Shown piece after piece: positions 1 through 12,249 of a stretch of 64,000 nucleotides of DNA (the stretch's first letter is position 1; each line of letters begins with the position of its first letter). The position numbers and the translations under genes were made by a program. The stretch comes from the human T2T-CHM13v2.0 reference genome, Homo sapiens: the NCBI RefSeq assembly GCF_009914755.1, contig NC_060932.1; one strand, given 5' to 3'. The notes below the pieces were generated by a model. That model saw only the letters and a program-made list of their open reading frames with translations. It searched no databases and had not been told where the DNA came from.

Positions 1-179
1 TCTAGGTAAGTATACAAAGCAGACAAGAAAGCAGACAAGAAAGCAGAAAGCTTGAGGTAAGTTGAAACAATTATGCTTCCTAAATTTTATTGTACTTTTA
101 TGGAGGATAGATTATTTAGAAATATATTTATCTGTTTGTCAGGTTTCTACTATTTTAATTTTATATTTGTGTTTTAAAT

Positions 180-485
180 TTTTTATATTTTTATTGACAT
201 TATAATTGTACATATTTATGTTGAACAATTTGATTTATTTTGATACATATATGTTGTATACTGATCAAATCAAGGCAGTTAGTGTATTTATCACCCCATC
301 CATTTATCATTTCTTTGTGGTGAGAACATTCAAAAGCCTCTCTTCTAGCTATTTTGTAAATATATAATACCTTACTGTTAATAGCCCTCACCCTACTGTG
401 CAAGAGAACACCAGATCTTCCTTCTAATTGTAACCTTGTACCCACTGACCAATTTCTCATCCTCCCCATTCCCCCCACCCACTCT
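180..485 (-). mobile_element. L1MA-type LINE-1 3' end fragment
   Basis: Antisense L1MA 3'UTR motifs (attgtacatatttatg...catttctttgtggtgagaacattcaaaagcctctcttctagctattttg); boundaries approximate. Confidence 0.8.
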
Positions 486-1075
486 TTGGAATTTTTTATA
501 TTTTACTTTGCAAGAGAATATTCAGAATAATTTAAGAAAGGATCCGAAAAATATTTTTACTTTTTTTTTGCTATAATATATACAATATTTTTTCTTTCCA
601 CTTTGTATATTCTAGTTCAGCATTTTTCATTGTGTTTTAAAATCAGGAGCATTCCTCAAGAGGCTGTTTGGTGTTGTTAGATGTTCAAGGAAGTGAACAA
701 TTTTATAATATGGAATTCTGATGATTTTAAAACTCAACTTGGAGATTCAAAATACACATCAGCTTAGTATAACTACTGGAATCCTGAATTTTTAAAGCTC
801 TATTATTTTAAATGAGTATTTTCTCAAAATTTTAATCATGGAACTATCTTTTGAAAGCATATTAATATTTTAGAGATATTAGTATTATATTTTTAAATGC
901 TCTGCTATTTTTGTGATTGATATTTATGTACTTGATTCTTATATAATATTGCATTAACTTTAACGATTTTTTTTATTCAGTTAAGCTTTTCAAGTATGTT
1001 ATTGTCTATACTTATGGAAAATTTTATTACAACCTGTCCGATATTCACTCTACTGAGTATTAGATTGGCCTAAAC

Positions 1076-1378
1076 TTTTTTTTATTTTTTTTTTTTAAGA
1101 CAGAGTCTCACTTTGTCACCCAGGCTTGAGTGCAGTGGCGCCATTTCAGGTCACTGCAACCTCTGCCTCCCAGATTCAAGCAATTCTCCTGCCTCAGACT
1201 CCTGAGTAGCTGAAATTACAGGTGTGCGCCACCACACCTGGCTAATTTTTGTATTTTTAGAAGAGATGGGGTTTCACCACGTTGGCCAGGCTGGTCTTGA
1301 ACTCCTGACCTCAAGCAATCCACATGTCTCGGCCTCCCAGAGTGCTGGAATTACAGGTGTGAGCCACCACTCCCAGCC
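1076..1378 (-). mobile_element. AluS (Sx/Sz-like), full length
   Basis: Poly-T then antisense Alu dimer ending ...gagccaccactcccagcc; degenerate TSD gcctaaactttt/gcctagactttt. Confidence 0.95.
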
Positions 1379-2924
1379 TAGCCTAGACTTTTAATACAAT
1401 AATAATACTATTCAATAGCGATAATACGCAACTTTATTTTATTGATTTTAATGCAACTTTCTTCAATGCTGTATTGTGAATTCTTAGGTTAAGGGTGAAT
1501 ATTTATAACTTTTGACCATGAAAATAATCTATTATTTGGGGGCTTGCATAAAATTGCATCATTATGGAACCTGCCAAAACTTACAGAAAATCCTTTTTCT
1601 CAGCCAGAGCACATTATACTTTGATTATTCTACTCACCATGGCATAAACATTTTATGATTGCTAGCAATAGATACTGATCAATCTTTGCACCAAACTTTT
1701 CTATCTTATTAAAAGTAATGTCCAAAACCTATGAAGGGAAGAATACTGGCATCAGCCTACACTCACATTTGGCGTTTTATATTCACTTTGAATGTGTTTT
1801 AACAGAATTATCAGATCATTCGCTCCAACAATGAGAGTTTTGTGTATTTTAAAAAAAAAATAGAAGTGAAGCTGAGAAGTCAGAGGTTAAATTTCATGAG
1901 AAAATTTAATTCTCATCTTCCCAGGGACTCATTAGAACCTTTCCCAGGTTATTTTCTTTAAAAAAAGGGCGAGTTGTTCCCAAATAGATAAAGAAGAAGT
2001 GGAGCCAGAAGAAACTATAAAAGGGTAACTTAAATAAATTTATTCTTTTTTAAATTCAAACAACAAATGTTATTTTGAAAAAGAACCTGGAGTTTATTAG
2101 CATAAGTTGCTTAGGAACAATGATAATAAAGTTACTAATAATACCTTTTATTACATAAAAAAAACCATGAAAACTGATCATAAGTTTTAGTTTCCAGAGT
2201 GCATATTCTGAAAACCTCCTGAATTAATTATATTTCTTTCTTAGCTTATTCACAAACTTGTTCTTCATTAGGATATATTCTCCTGTTAAAATATACATTT
2301 TTTCTATTGTTTTACATCTTTCTGTTATGAGACAAAAAGTCCCATAAATTTCAAAGATGAACCTTTAGAAAGGAAGTCATCAAATCTAATTAAAACTTTG
2401 TGATCAAACAAACAAACAAAAAAACCTCTGCGACCAAAGACCACAAGGAAGATACCTGTGGCTACACAAAGCTTGATTTTTTTTTTTAACTTGAGGCAGC
2501 AAAGGAAGATGCTCCTCAGCAACTCCATGGTACCCAAGAGAAAATTAGAAGGGGTTTATTGTAGTTGCCTTGTATTTAACTATTTGGGGAAGGGTTCAAG
2601 AAAGTGGGGGTTTATTTCAGACTGAATGCTATCAAAAGGTAGGAACAATCAGGGATTGGGCATTTTAATAATCGTTTTCTAGAAGATAGAGTTAGAGAGG
2701 CCACTAGTAAAAAAGTAGTAGTCACTCCTGTCAGCTGGGATGCTGGGAGAGGTTCAGTTATTTTTTGTGGTTGTGTAGTTTCCTTATTTTGTTCTACATA
2801 CACACATGATTACAGATGGCCTTGTTTTCATTTTCTTCTATCATGATCACAGGGTGACATTGTCTAATTGTTATTAACATTTAGAAGAATGTTTATACTC
2901 AGCACAGAATATGGCAGCCTAAAG

Positions 2925-3158
2925 CATGCATTCTCAGTTGGGGCAATAGTGTTTTAAAGGGAGCAAAAATTGATTGTTGGGTGTGAAACAGTCTTTGATA
3001 TTACAGTGGTCTGTGGCTCTCTAGTACATAAACAGATATATAGTAGTATCTCTGTACTATTACAATTTTAAGGAAGGCAGGGAGGGGCCATTAGGAGAAA
3101 AAATAGCTGAAAACATTTTTCGGGAAGGTGATAATGAAAAGAAAGCTGAGAAACACTA
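2925..3158 (-). mobile_element. hAT-Charlie MITE, MER112-like
   Basis: Termini catgcattctca...tgagaaacact and internal gtacataaacagatata motif match my recall of MER112. Confidence 0.6.
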
Positions 3159-3929
3159 GATTAGACATTAGTAGCTAGCCTCCAGTTTGTTTTTATTTTA
3201 ATTTTTATTTTCCTCACCAGAAATAGAATTATCTGTCCAACATACAGGCTCAAAATGGCTCCCTATTGCTTAGTACAGGTAGGGTTTAGAATTCAAACCT
3301 ATCTATGTCACAAAAATGCTGCTCATCCCATTAAAAATTTTACCACACTTTCCCATCCCACAGTCACTTGGGATAAATATTACAAAATGTCCTGGAGGGA
3401 GAATGGATTTGGTACCACTCCTTGTGGCATGAAGCATTCAGATTTGTACCCATGGTCTTCTGTCTCTTCCAGCTTTGATATCAGAGACTTGGTGTTTCTC
3501 TTATATTTTCAATTTCTTAAGAAAATAGGACTTCCTAGGAAATGAGTTGCTCTTAGGAACCAAACGTTGGCATCCTATGGTACAGAGAGCTATAGTCACC
3601 AAACTTAAGCACAGTTGTGTGCAAAGAGCTGATATCTTTACTTATTGATAATGACAAGATTGAACAACATTTGTTTATTTGTCAATAGGGTAATCCAACA
3701 ATTTGGAATTCAACCTTTTCTCTATTCATTTAGAATAACAATATGCAAACTACTGATATATTTTAGAGGGCATAATACTCCATCTGGTTAGAACTTCAAA
3801 CTCAAACCTGGCTCCATATTAGTCTCACCTGGAGCACTTTAATAGAAAACCATGCCTGAATCCCACCCTGAACCAATTACATGATAGTTAAGAGGTCAGT
3901 CTGCAGTACTTTTAGAAACTTTAACTTCC

Positions 3930-4365
3930 TGCTATACTTTAGATATTTGACCCCTCCAAATTTTATGTTGAAATTTGATCACCAATGCTAAAGGTGGGAC
4001 CTAATGGGAGGGGGTTGAGTCATGGAGATGGAGCTCTCACAAATAGACCAATGCCCTTTGGGGAGGGATTGAGTGAGTTCTCACTCTAAAAGAACCAGGC
4101 ACCTCTTCTCTCTCTCTTCTTTATCCTTTCTCTCTTACTTCCCCACTTTCTTTCTTTCTTCCCCTCTCACCATGTGATCACAGCACATGCCAGCTCTGCT
4201 TCACCTTTTGCCATGAGTAGAAGCAACCTGAAGCCCTCATCAGAGTAGATGCTGGCACCATGCTTCTTGTACAGCCTGAAGAACTGTGAGCCAAATAAAG
4301 CTCAATTCTTTATAAATTACGTAGCCTCAGGTCTTCCTTTATAGCAACATAAAGTGGCTAAGACA
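3930..4365 (+). mobile_element. MST (MaLR) solo LTR, inserted in a MER5-like relic
   Basis: TG...CA termini, ccatgcttcttgtacagcctgaagaactgtgagccaaataaa core, 5-bp TSD cttcc/ctccc. Confidence 0.9.
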
Positions 4366-5568
4366 CTCCCCCATTGTAACATATAGCTAGGTCAAGAAAC
4401 CATTAATTTATCTGCAGTATAGTAGAAAGAGATGTCCAGGCTATTCTGATCAAAGTCCATTGGAATGTAAAACTTTCAGCATAAATTCTCCCTTAATGCT
4501 TTCTATAAATTCCACTTCAGGACAGTGACATAGAATTTCTAATCCAGTGGCCTGGTCTGGTATTTACCTGACCCCTGGCCAAAGCAAGAGAAAATCTAAG
4601 GTTTAGAGTTTACTCAAAACCAGTCCCTTTCTTAGTGCCTCTCTTTCTTTTTCATATTAACTGATCTCTTCCACCTAGAGCACCAACTCAAAGTCTTCTC
4701 TCTTCACACGAATATTACCAGTTACCTCAATGGGACATTTGGATTCTGAGCCCTCAGGAGCGCATACATTATAAGTAGTGTCCACCTCCTTTTAGGGTTG
4801 CTAATATCAATGTTATTATTTTTCTACTGACAGAAATTTCAGTGTCACAATGTAACTATTATAGTTCCATTTTTTCTAATCTACCATCTTGAATGAAATT
4901 TGGATGTCAAGGCACTCTGGAAAGTAAATATTTCCCTGAGTTTAAAACTGCAGCCAGAGAATACAGCCTAAGGAAAGCAGATCTGGAGACTAGACAAGGA
5001 GAACACAGCTACCAGGGGAAAACTGGTGCCAAAGGATCTTTTCCACTACACGTGTATAGTAGTCTACCAGGAGGCCGATGTTTAATATAAAGAGCTGGGT
5101 TTCTGAACTCCGTGGGCCTGGATTGGAATTTGGTACACTACTTTTTACCTTTGTGACCTAGCACACAATATTAAATCTTGTGTCAAAAATGGGTTAATAT
5201 TACTCACTTGAAAAGATAATTGGGAAGATTAGGCAAAATATATGTCATTTGTCTCCAGTTCCCCAGAGCTTACCACAGTTTACATCACCTGGAAGGTGTT
5301 TATCAGTGAAATAATAGCAACTTTCTTTCTTCCCTATAATACATACTCCTACTATCCTTGCCATTTTTATTAAGAAATCAATTTATGTTTATATATATAT
5401 AACTTCTGACATTTCTCCTTCATAACACCGATTACAATTGTGTCTAAATAACCAAATTGTTGAATGTCTCCCCTTCCTTCTAAAGTATAAGTTCTGTTAG
5501 AACAGAATCGATATCTGACCCCTGTATACTTTCATTTCAATACCTAGCATAGTGTCTTGTGTACACAT

Positions 5569-5588
5569 ACACACACACACACACACAC
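5569..5588. repeat. (AC)n microsatellite
   Basis: Directly visible. Confidence 0.9.
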
Positions 5589-7510
5589 CTGTGCATGTTA
5601 AGTGATTATAGATTACAGAGCTTGCTGTGCGAAGCTTACTATTTTTATGCAGCAAGATAAAAGCAAGAAAATGTAACATAGACTATGACAGAAACGAGTA
5701 CAGTTGAGCTCTGAACTTCAGAAAAGGCGTTCTGAGGAATTTAAGCCATAGATAAGGTCTTCAGTAACGAGGCAGATTTAGCCAGGAAATAAAAGTTTTA
5801 AACAGTGTTAGAAGCCTGAAGCTTGGACATAGGGATTCGATCTATATAAAGGCCAGGCTTAGGAATTTGGATTTTGTCTTTTAGACTCTGGAAATCCACC
5901 AAAAAATTTAAGCAGTTGAGACACACACCTGTCTATTTAATAAGTTAATAGATTGCCCAGATTTATGTAAGGATAAATATTCATGGTGTTTAAAGATAAA
6001 CAGGAATTTGCTAGTTGAATTGTTTAAATGAACCAGTGTGATCAGAAGGAACTTCATACAGTGAATGAGGTCAAATGGATGTAAATTAGCAAATATCACT
6101 ATGTCTAGAATGTATTACAAATGAAATGTTAATAAATACAATTTAAGCCTTTTGAAAAATAAGATATTTAAAAAAATGATAGTGGTCTATCTGGAGTATA
6201 TGAGAAAGGCAAAACTATTCAACATACATTATTTATACATAATAATAAATGTTATTTACACATAATAATCTATTTTTCAATGAGACAAGAATCTCTGGGA
6301 ATATATACTCTGTTTATAAGCAAGGATAGTTTATCAGGTTTTTCCACTAATAACTTGAACATCCTTAATGACCTTAGGATTCACCTTATCCTATTTCACC
6401 ACCATCAAGCAATCAGGAGCTCTCTCCACCAGGATAGGGAGCAATGTACAGCTAACTCCTTGACATTGTCTGGTCACTAGGATGCATTATCCCTTACTGT
6501 CTTTGGTTTTCAACAGTATGCAGAGCTTCCTGGGAAGTGGGGAGGGGGAGCTTCTCTTCCATATACTATTCGGCTTGCAAAGATTTTTTATGGGTCCTTC
6601 TAGTGAATGTACTTTTCCTGCTTATTGCATCACCAGTATTGTTAATGTGATTATAAATATGGGGTCATGGAGAGTCAGAGAGGGAGAAAGATCTCTTAAA
6701 ACTACGGGGTGACAGTGCTGATTTGTATACACAATATTTTAATTCAAAGTCCTGTGATTTGAAATCTATAGCTGTGCTCTACAATATACTCCCCTAAGCC
6801 ATTGCCTATGCAGCCAACAAGACCTTCATGGATTCATTAATGATATGTATATCCATATCTATATATAAATTTAACATGTATATTTTATACTCATACATAT
6901 ACACATATTATGTTCATACATTATACATTCATTCATTCATTCATTCACACATTAGGGAAGTAAGTGCCCATTTTAAAACATACACATGCAACCTATTTAC
7001 ACACATTTCCAGATAGTAAAATAATTTTACTTTTTATTTTATAAATATTTGTATTATCTGTACATAGAAAAACTTACTGCTTTGTGATTAAACTCATTTT
7101 CTTAAATACTTTTTGAAACTTGCTTTTTAACCTATGACATATTGTAGACACTGATTTATAGCATTGGATTGAGATTTAATTTATTAATTTTAAATATCTG
7201 GATATTATATTCTGTTCTATAGATGACCATAATTTATTTAATCAGTCCCTTCAATGAATAGTTGATTTGTTGATTTTTTTAAACTAATACAAATAACTTT
7301 TACATAGATACCATTGTTTGTGATATATATATATATATATTTTCACAGTTGAGTTTCTTTATAGGATACTTTTCCATTAATAGAATTGCTGGGCTAAAAA
7401 TATGTTCAAATTTTGATAGATATATTCAAGTATAAGTAGAAATATCTTTTAGCAACTTACGAAGATTTATTATATGGAAGTACGTTTTCAAACATCCCTA
7501 CTAACACTCA

Positions 7511-7880
7511 GTATATCAGTTAACATTTGCTGTTTAACAAATTACCAAAATGGCTTAAAACAACCATTCATTTACTTAATAGTTTTGTACATTGCCATGG
7601 CTCAACTGGGCGTTTTTCTCTGGGAAGTCCCAATGCATAAAACATTTTACAAGTCTCTGCTTGCATTGTTTATGTTTGTTAACAACTCATCCACCAAACA
7701 AGTCACACAGTTAAGTCCAAATTCAACAAGAAGATAAATATATGTCATCTGTCAATGGGAGAATCTATATATATACATAAACTTTACCTTTTGATAGGAG
7801 AAGCTGCAAGTTAACATTGTAAAATGGATATACAGACATGGATAAGAAGAATCTGTGGCCATTTTTACAATACAACATAG
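7511..7880 (-). mobile_element. Old MLT1 (J/K-like) MaLR LTR remnant
   Basis: tatcagtt...gctgtttaacaaattacc...ggcttaaaacaaccatt start and gggagaagctgcaa...tgtggccatttt end; approximate bounds. Confidence 0.6.
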
Positions 7881-7904
7881 CAATTATATATTAATAAATA
7901 ACAC

Positions 7905-8060
7905 TAAGTTAAGGTCACTGGCTAATGACTTTGCATTTAATTGTCACAATAACCTATGAGAAAGGGATACAGCATTATTATCCACTTTACAAAGGGATAA
8001 CTGAGGCAAATAGAAAATAGGTAACTTGCACAAGCTTACTTAAGCTCTTGCAAGGGGATT
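7905..8060 (-). mobile_element. MIR remnant
   Basis: cacaataacctatgag...tattatccactttacaaagggataactgaggc MIR core, antisense. Confidence 0.6.
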
Positions 8061-10835
8061 CTCATCTACACGCAACTTCAGTATTCCATGGCATCTTAGT
8101 TTTAGTATTTTTGTTTTGTATGGTATTTAAGCCACAAAAATATTTAACAGTATTTTTCTCTCAAATATTTATGTATTTATATTTTGTTTATTTAAATATT
8201 TCTATCTCTAACAGCATCCTCAAAAATTTATACAATCTATTAAATTCCATCCCTACTTCATAAAACATATCAATTTTCAAATTTTCTGAAAAGTCTATTC
8301 TTATTTTCAACATTATATTCTCACCATTCTTATCATTTTATTTCTATATTTTAAACATATATATATTTGTGTATATATACACACACATCTGTGTGTGGGC
8401 CATTTCATGGTGCAGATTGTATTTTTCTTTTTTTTCAGTATTATACTGTGACTTCCTTGAAGGCATTCTCATGTTTTGAAACCGAATAAACACTAAATGC
8501 TTTTCTTGCTGTTGTTTTTAAATAAAATACTTGTCCTTGAGCAACTCATTGACTTTTTGTGATAACACCTAAGCAAACATTTGTCCATGTGTACTTGTTG
8601 AAATTCTACCTATTTTCTCAGGCCTTAACATTTCCCTTACTAATATTTCTAGAACTTCTCTTAGAGTAATCTCTTTTTCCCAGATATTCCCAGAGGACAT
8701 TATTTAAAGCACTGTCATAATACTTATTACTATTGAACATCTCCCTAGAACCCAAATTTTCTAGTACATAGCAGATTAGGAAATTGAAGAAATAAAGCAG
8801 GCTATTTTCTTTTACCAAAATTCTTTTTAGCACTTCTTTAAGTTATTATTTTTTATTACCATAAAAATCTTGTGTGTTTTTAATATTATGCTAAATTTTA
8901 AAATAAATGCAATAGCACAACTGGCCTTGTTTCTCTCTACCAAACCCTTCCATACATTGTCACCAGATTAATCACTCACTCACAGAATCTATTTCTCTTT
9001 TCTCACCTCATAGTATCAGCTTACAGAATTCCTAACTTCTCTTCAGTCATATTCCCAGTCATAAGTATACCTAATTATAGGGACTCCAACGTCTAAGGGT
9101 TTTTCATAGGTGTTGCTTTCTACTTGCTAGTTTGTTAAGGACATAGTTCTTCCCTGAAAACTTTAAGATGATTGCCTTATATCCCTGGGAATATTTTAGA
9201 GCTTGGCGCAATGGGAAAGGCAAGGATTCCAGAATACAAATATTCTGCTGGCTGCTCACTGTGGCGGGGCTGCTTCATGAACTTTCCGTCTGGATGTCCT
9301 CCACTTCCTACTAGGTAAGCTAAGGTCTAGGGTAGATTTAAAAAAAAAAAACAAAACAGCCACATCATCTCACAGGAACCCAGGCTTCTAGGTTTTCTTA
9401 CCAAACATCCCAGGGAGACAAAATAAGGCAGAGCTGGACTAGGAGGCCTGGGGGTTAGATGGTAGCAATGGGTCTATCAGGGCTTTCCTGCAGCAGGCCC
9501 AGTAGGAGATGGATACTCTAGCCTCTGTGTCCCATCTACATCTGTGACTATGGAGCTTTCTGTTTTGTTTTGTTTCCCAGTATTTGATTTCTTTCTGCTC
9601 TGCTGAAAGTACTTGGTAACTGTCATTGGCTTCAAGGCAAAATAAAGCTTCTGAGAACTGATCTTTGGGGAGAGGCTCTGGGGCTTTGGGCCTGAGTACC
9701 ACCATCACAATGCTAGTGGGAATGCCTTACCTGATACTTATAAAACAAAAATTAGAACTGTGTGAAACAAATTTCTATTATTTAAACAAACAAAAAAACA
9801 AAACTTGAAAAACAGAAACCAAAGCCGAGCATGATCAGTTGCAAAGGAGTCGCAATTTAAAGACAAGTGGTTTTAACAATTGATAAAGACAATTGGCTTT
9901 AACCATTGCTAAACCATGGACAAGCTATTATGTCCACGTTTGTAAAAAACGGCAACTATGTTTCAAGGAGTATTGTTATATTAGGGCAAGTATTTAATGG
10001 ATCAATATAGAGTTCATTATTTCCAGAAACTTCACACTTCTGAAAGTTTTAAGGTAGAATGCATGAGATATTGAGAAATAGAGAAGAAAGGCTACAAAGT
10101 TGATTAAGAAAAGACATATTAACTGAGATTTCTACACCAGTGAGGTGACTGGCCTTATTAGAGAAAAAAGTAAATGTCACAGTATTCAAGATGGAGGCCA
10201 CTGTGTAGAGTTGGGGTAATTCCTGGGATTCCCTAAAGGTCATTTATGTTTAAGAAGGTTCTTAAAAGTCTGAGGGAATGTTTGTACATGAAAAAGAACA
10301 CCCACAGCTATTTTTTATTTCATAATGCTCAATTTATTAGATTCACATCTTATGGAACAGCACTTGGAAGCCAATTTTTCTTTAGCATTTAAACACTGAG
10401 CACCTATTTAATTAATTGAATCTCTTCAAACATTTAAAACAAAGTTATAAATAACTAATAGGATAGTGAATAGTAGTTTTCATGCTGTCTCAAAATTGTA
10501 GTGAAAATTCATGGCTGAAAATAGTGGAGATTCAGCATCGCCTTATACTAAAGATAACTACTAAGGAAAGGAACCCAGCAGACATATCACATTAGTGATG
10601 AGATGTTGACCGGGCACTGTTACCATTACTCTTCTAGGTTTTCACAAAGAAAAGTGGAAGTTTAAGAAGTCTTAGAAACAGTGAGTCATCTTCCTAGTGT
10701 GAGACTATTTGCATTTTCCCTTCTCTTTCGTGAGATAGGGGTGCAGGGATACTGTCTCTCCCCAGTTCCCCAGAGGTTAAAGGTAGCTTTGACATAATCG
10801 CCCCTGGTGAGATGGGATGCCTGGAAGATGGGGGA

Positions 10836-11095
10836 TGTGTTAGCCTATTTGTGCTGCTATTAAAAAATACCTTCTACTAGGTAATTTATAAACAATATAA
10901 ATGTATCTCTTACCGTTCTGGAGTCTGGGAAGTCTAAGATTAAAGTGTCAGCAGGATTGATATTTAGTGAGGATTGCTTTCTGCTTCCAAAATGGTGCCT
11001 TGTTGCTGCATCCTCTGGAGGGGAGAAATGCTATGTCCTTACACGCCAGAAGAAATGGAAGGACAGAGAGTTCTCTCATCATGTGCAAGTCCTTT
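10836..11095 (-). mobile_element. MSTD/MLT1A-type LTR fragment
   Basis: tgtgttagcc...taggtaatttataaacaa...ttctggagtctgggaagtctaagat. Confidence 0.75.
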
Positions 11096-11290
11096 TATTC
11101 ATTCCAATACATGTAGCCTATCAACACCATCATTAATGGAAGTTCCTTTTCATCAACTCGTTTATAGCCAATTTATATACAGTAATCACAGCTCATAATT
11201 TTCTTTAAAATATTGGCTATATTCAAGTCTGCCTGAAACTCTTGTCTTCTCTCTTAAGCATCATTGAATAATACTATAATATCAAATAGC

Positions 11291-11525
11291 TTTTTTATTG
11301 ATACAAAATATTTTACATATTTATGGGGGTACATATGAGTATTTGCTGCATGCATAGAATGTGTAATGATCAAGTCAGGGTATTTGAAATATTCATCACC
11401 TTGAGTATTTATCATTTCTATATGTTGGTAACATTTCAAGTCCTTTCTTCTAGCTACTTTGAAATATACAATACACAGTTGTTAACTATAGTCACCCTAC
11501 TCTGCTATAAAATGTTAGGGCTTAT
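11291..11525 (-). mobile_element. L1MA 3' end fragment
   Basis: tttacatatttatggggg tacat...aatgatcaagtcagggtattt...ttctagctactttgaaatatacaata. Confidence 0.8.
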
Positions 11526-12249
11526 AATTATTATTTATATGAGATAGAAATGGATATAACAGTGATTTTCACTGGATCATTGGACCTAAATACTCTTATT
11601 CCATTGAATAATTCATCTTGAAATTTTTCAAAGGGTTTTAAGTGGGTATTCAGCAAGCAATTTGTCTTATAATCTGTGCATAGTAAAATAACTTCCCCTT
11701 TAAAATATGGAATGTGTTTCATATTTTGGCCTATTCTAAACTAATTATATATGTAAGTTGGATTTAGATAATTGTTTGGTAAAGACTAATGCCAACTATT
11801 GAAAATAATTAGACTATTAAGGATAACTATAAAGCAAGAGCTCTTTCCTGGGGCCTTTTACTGTTGTGATCAGATATTCTAAAGTAAATAGAGTTATTTA
11901 ATTCCAAGTGACAAGATTCTTGAAATATGCAAATGGAAAGACATCATCATAGGAATAGATGAGAGTAGCAATGACAATGCTATTTATGTCTTTAAAACAT
12001 AATAGTTTAGAAATTGTCACATATCTTCTTGCATTTGATTATCCTATGTTTATAACTGTTGTAAAATAGTATCTTCATTTGACAAATGAGCAGATTAAGG
12101 TTTTAAGATATGATTTTTCCAAGTTTCATTATTAAAAAGTTGCTGAGATAGGTCCAAAGCCAAAGTTCTTCAGGTCTTATTTTAAATCTTCTTGAAATAA
12201 ATGTTACAAGGAAAAAATAAACAGAATAAATTGGGTAAAATAAATCTGA

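Noticed and set aside
1-62. Two AG|GTAAGT donor-like sites around a 12-bp tandem repeat
   Set aside because: No upstream context in the window and no supportable exon partner
9110-9708. LTR-like tract with AATAAA and a CA end (similar tracts near 2400-2900 and 6290-6713)
   Set aside because: Probably ancient LTRs, but I cannot assign family or boundaries
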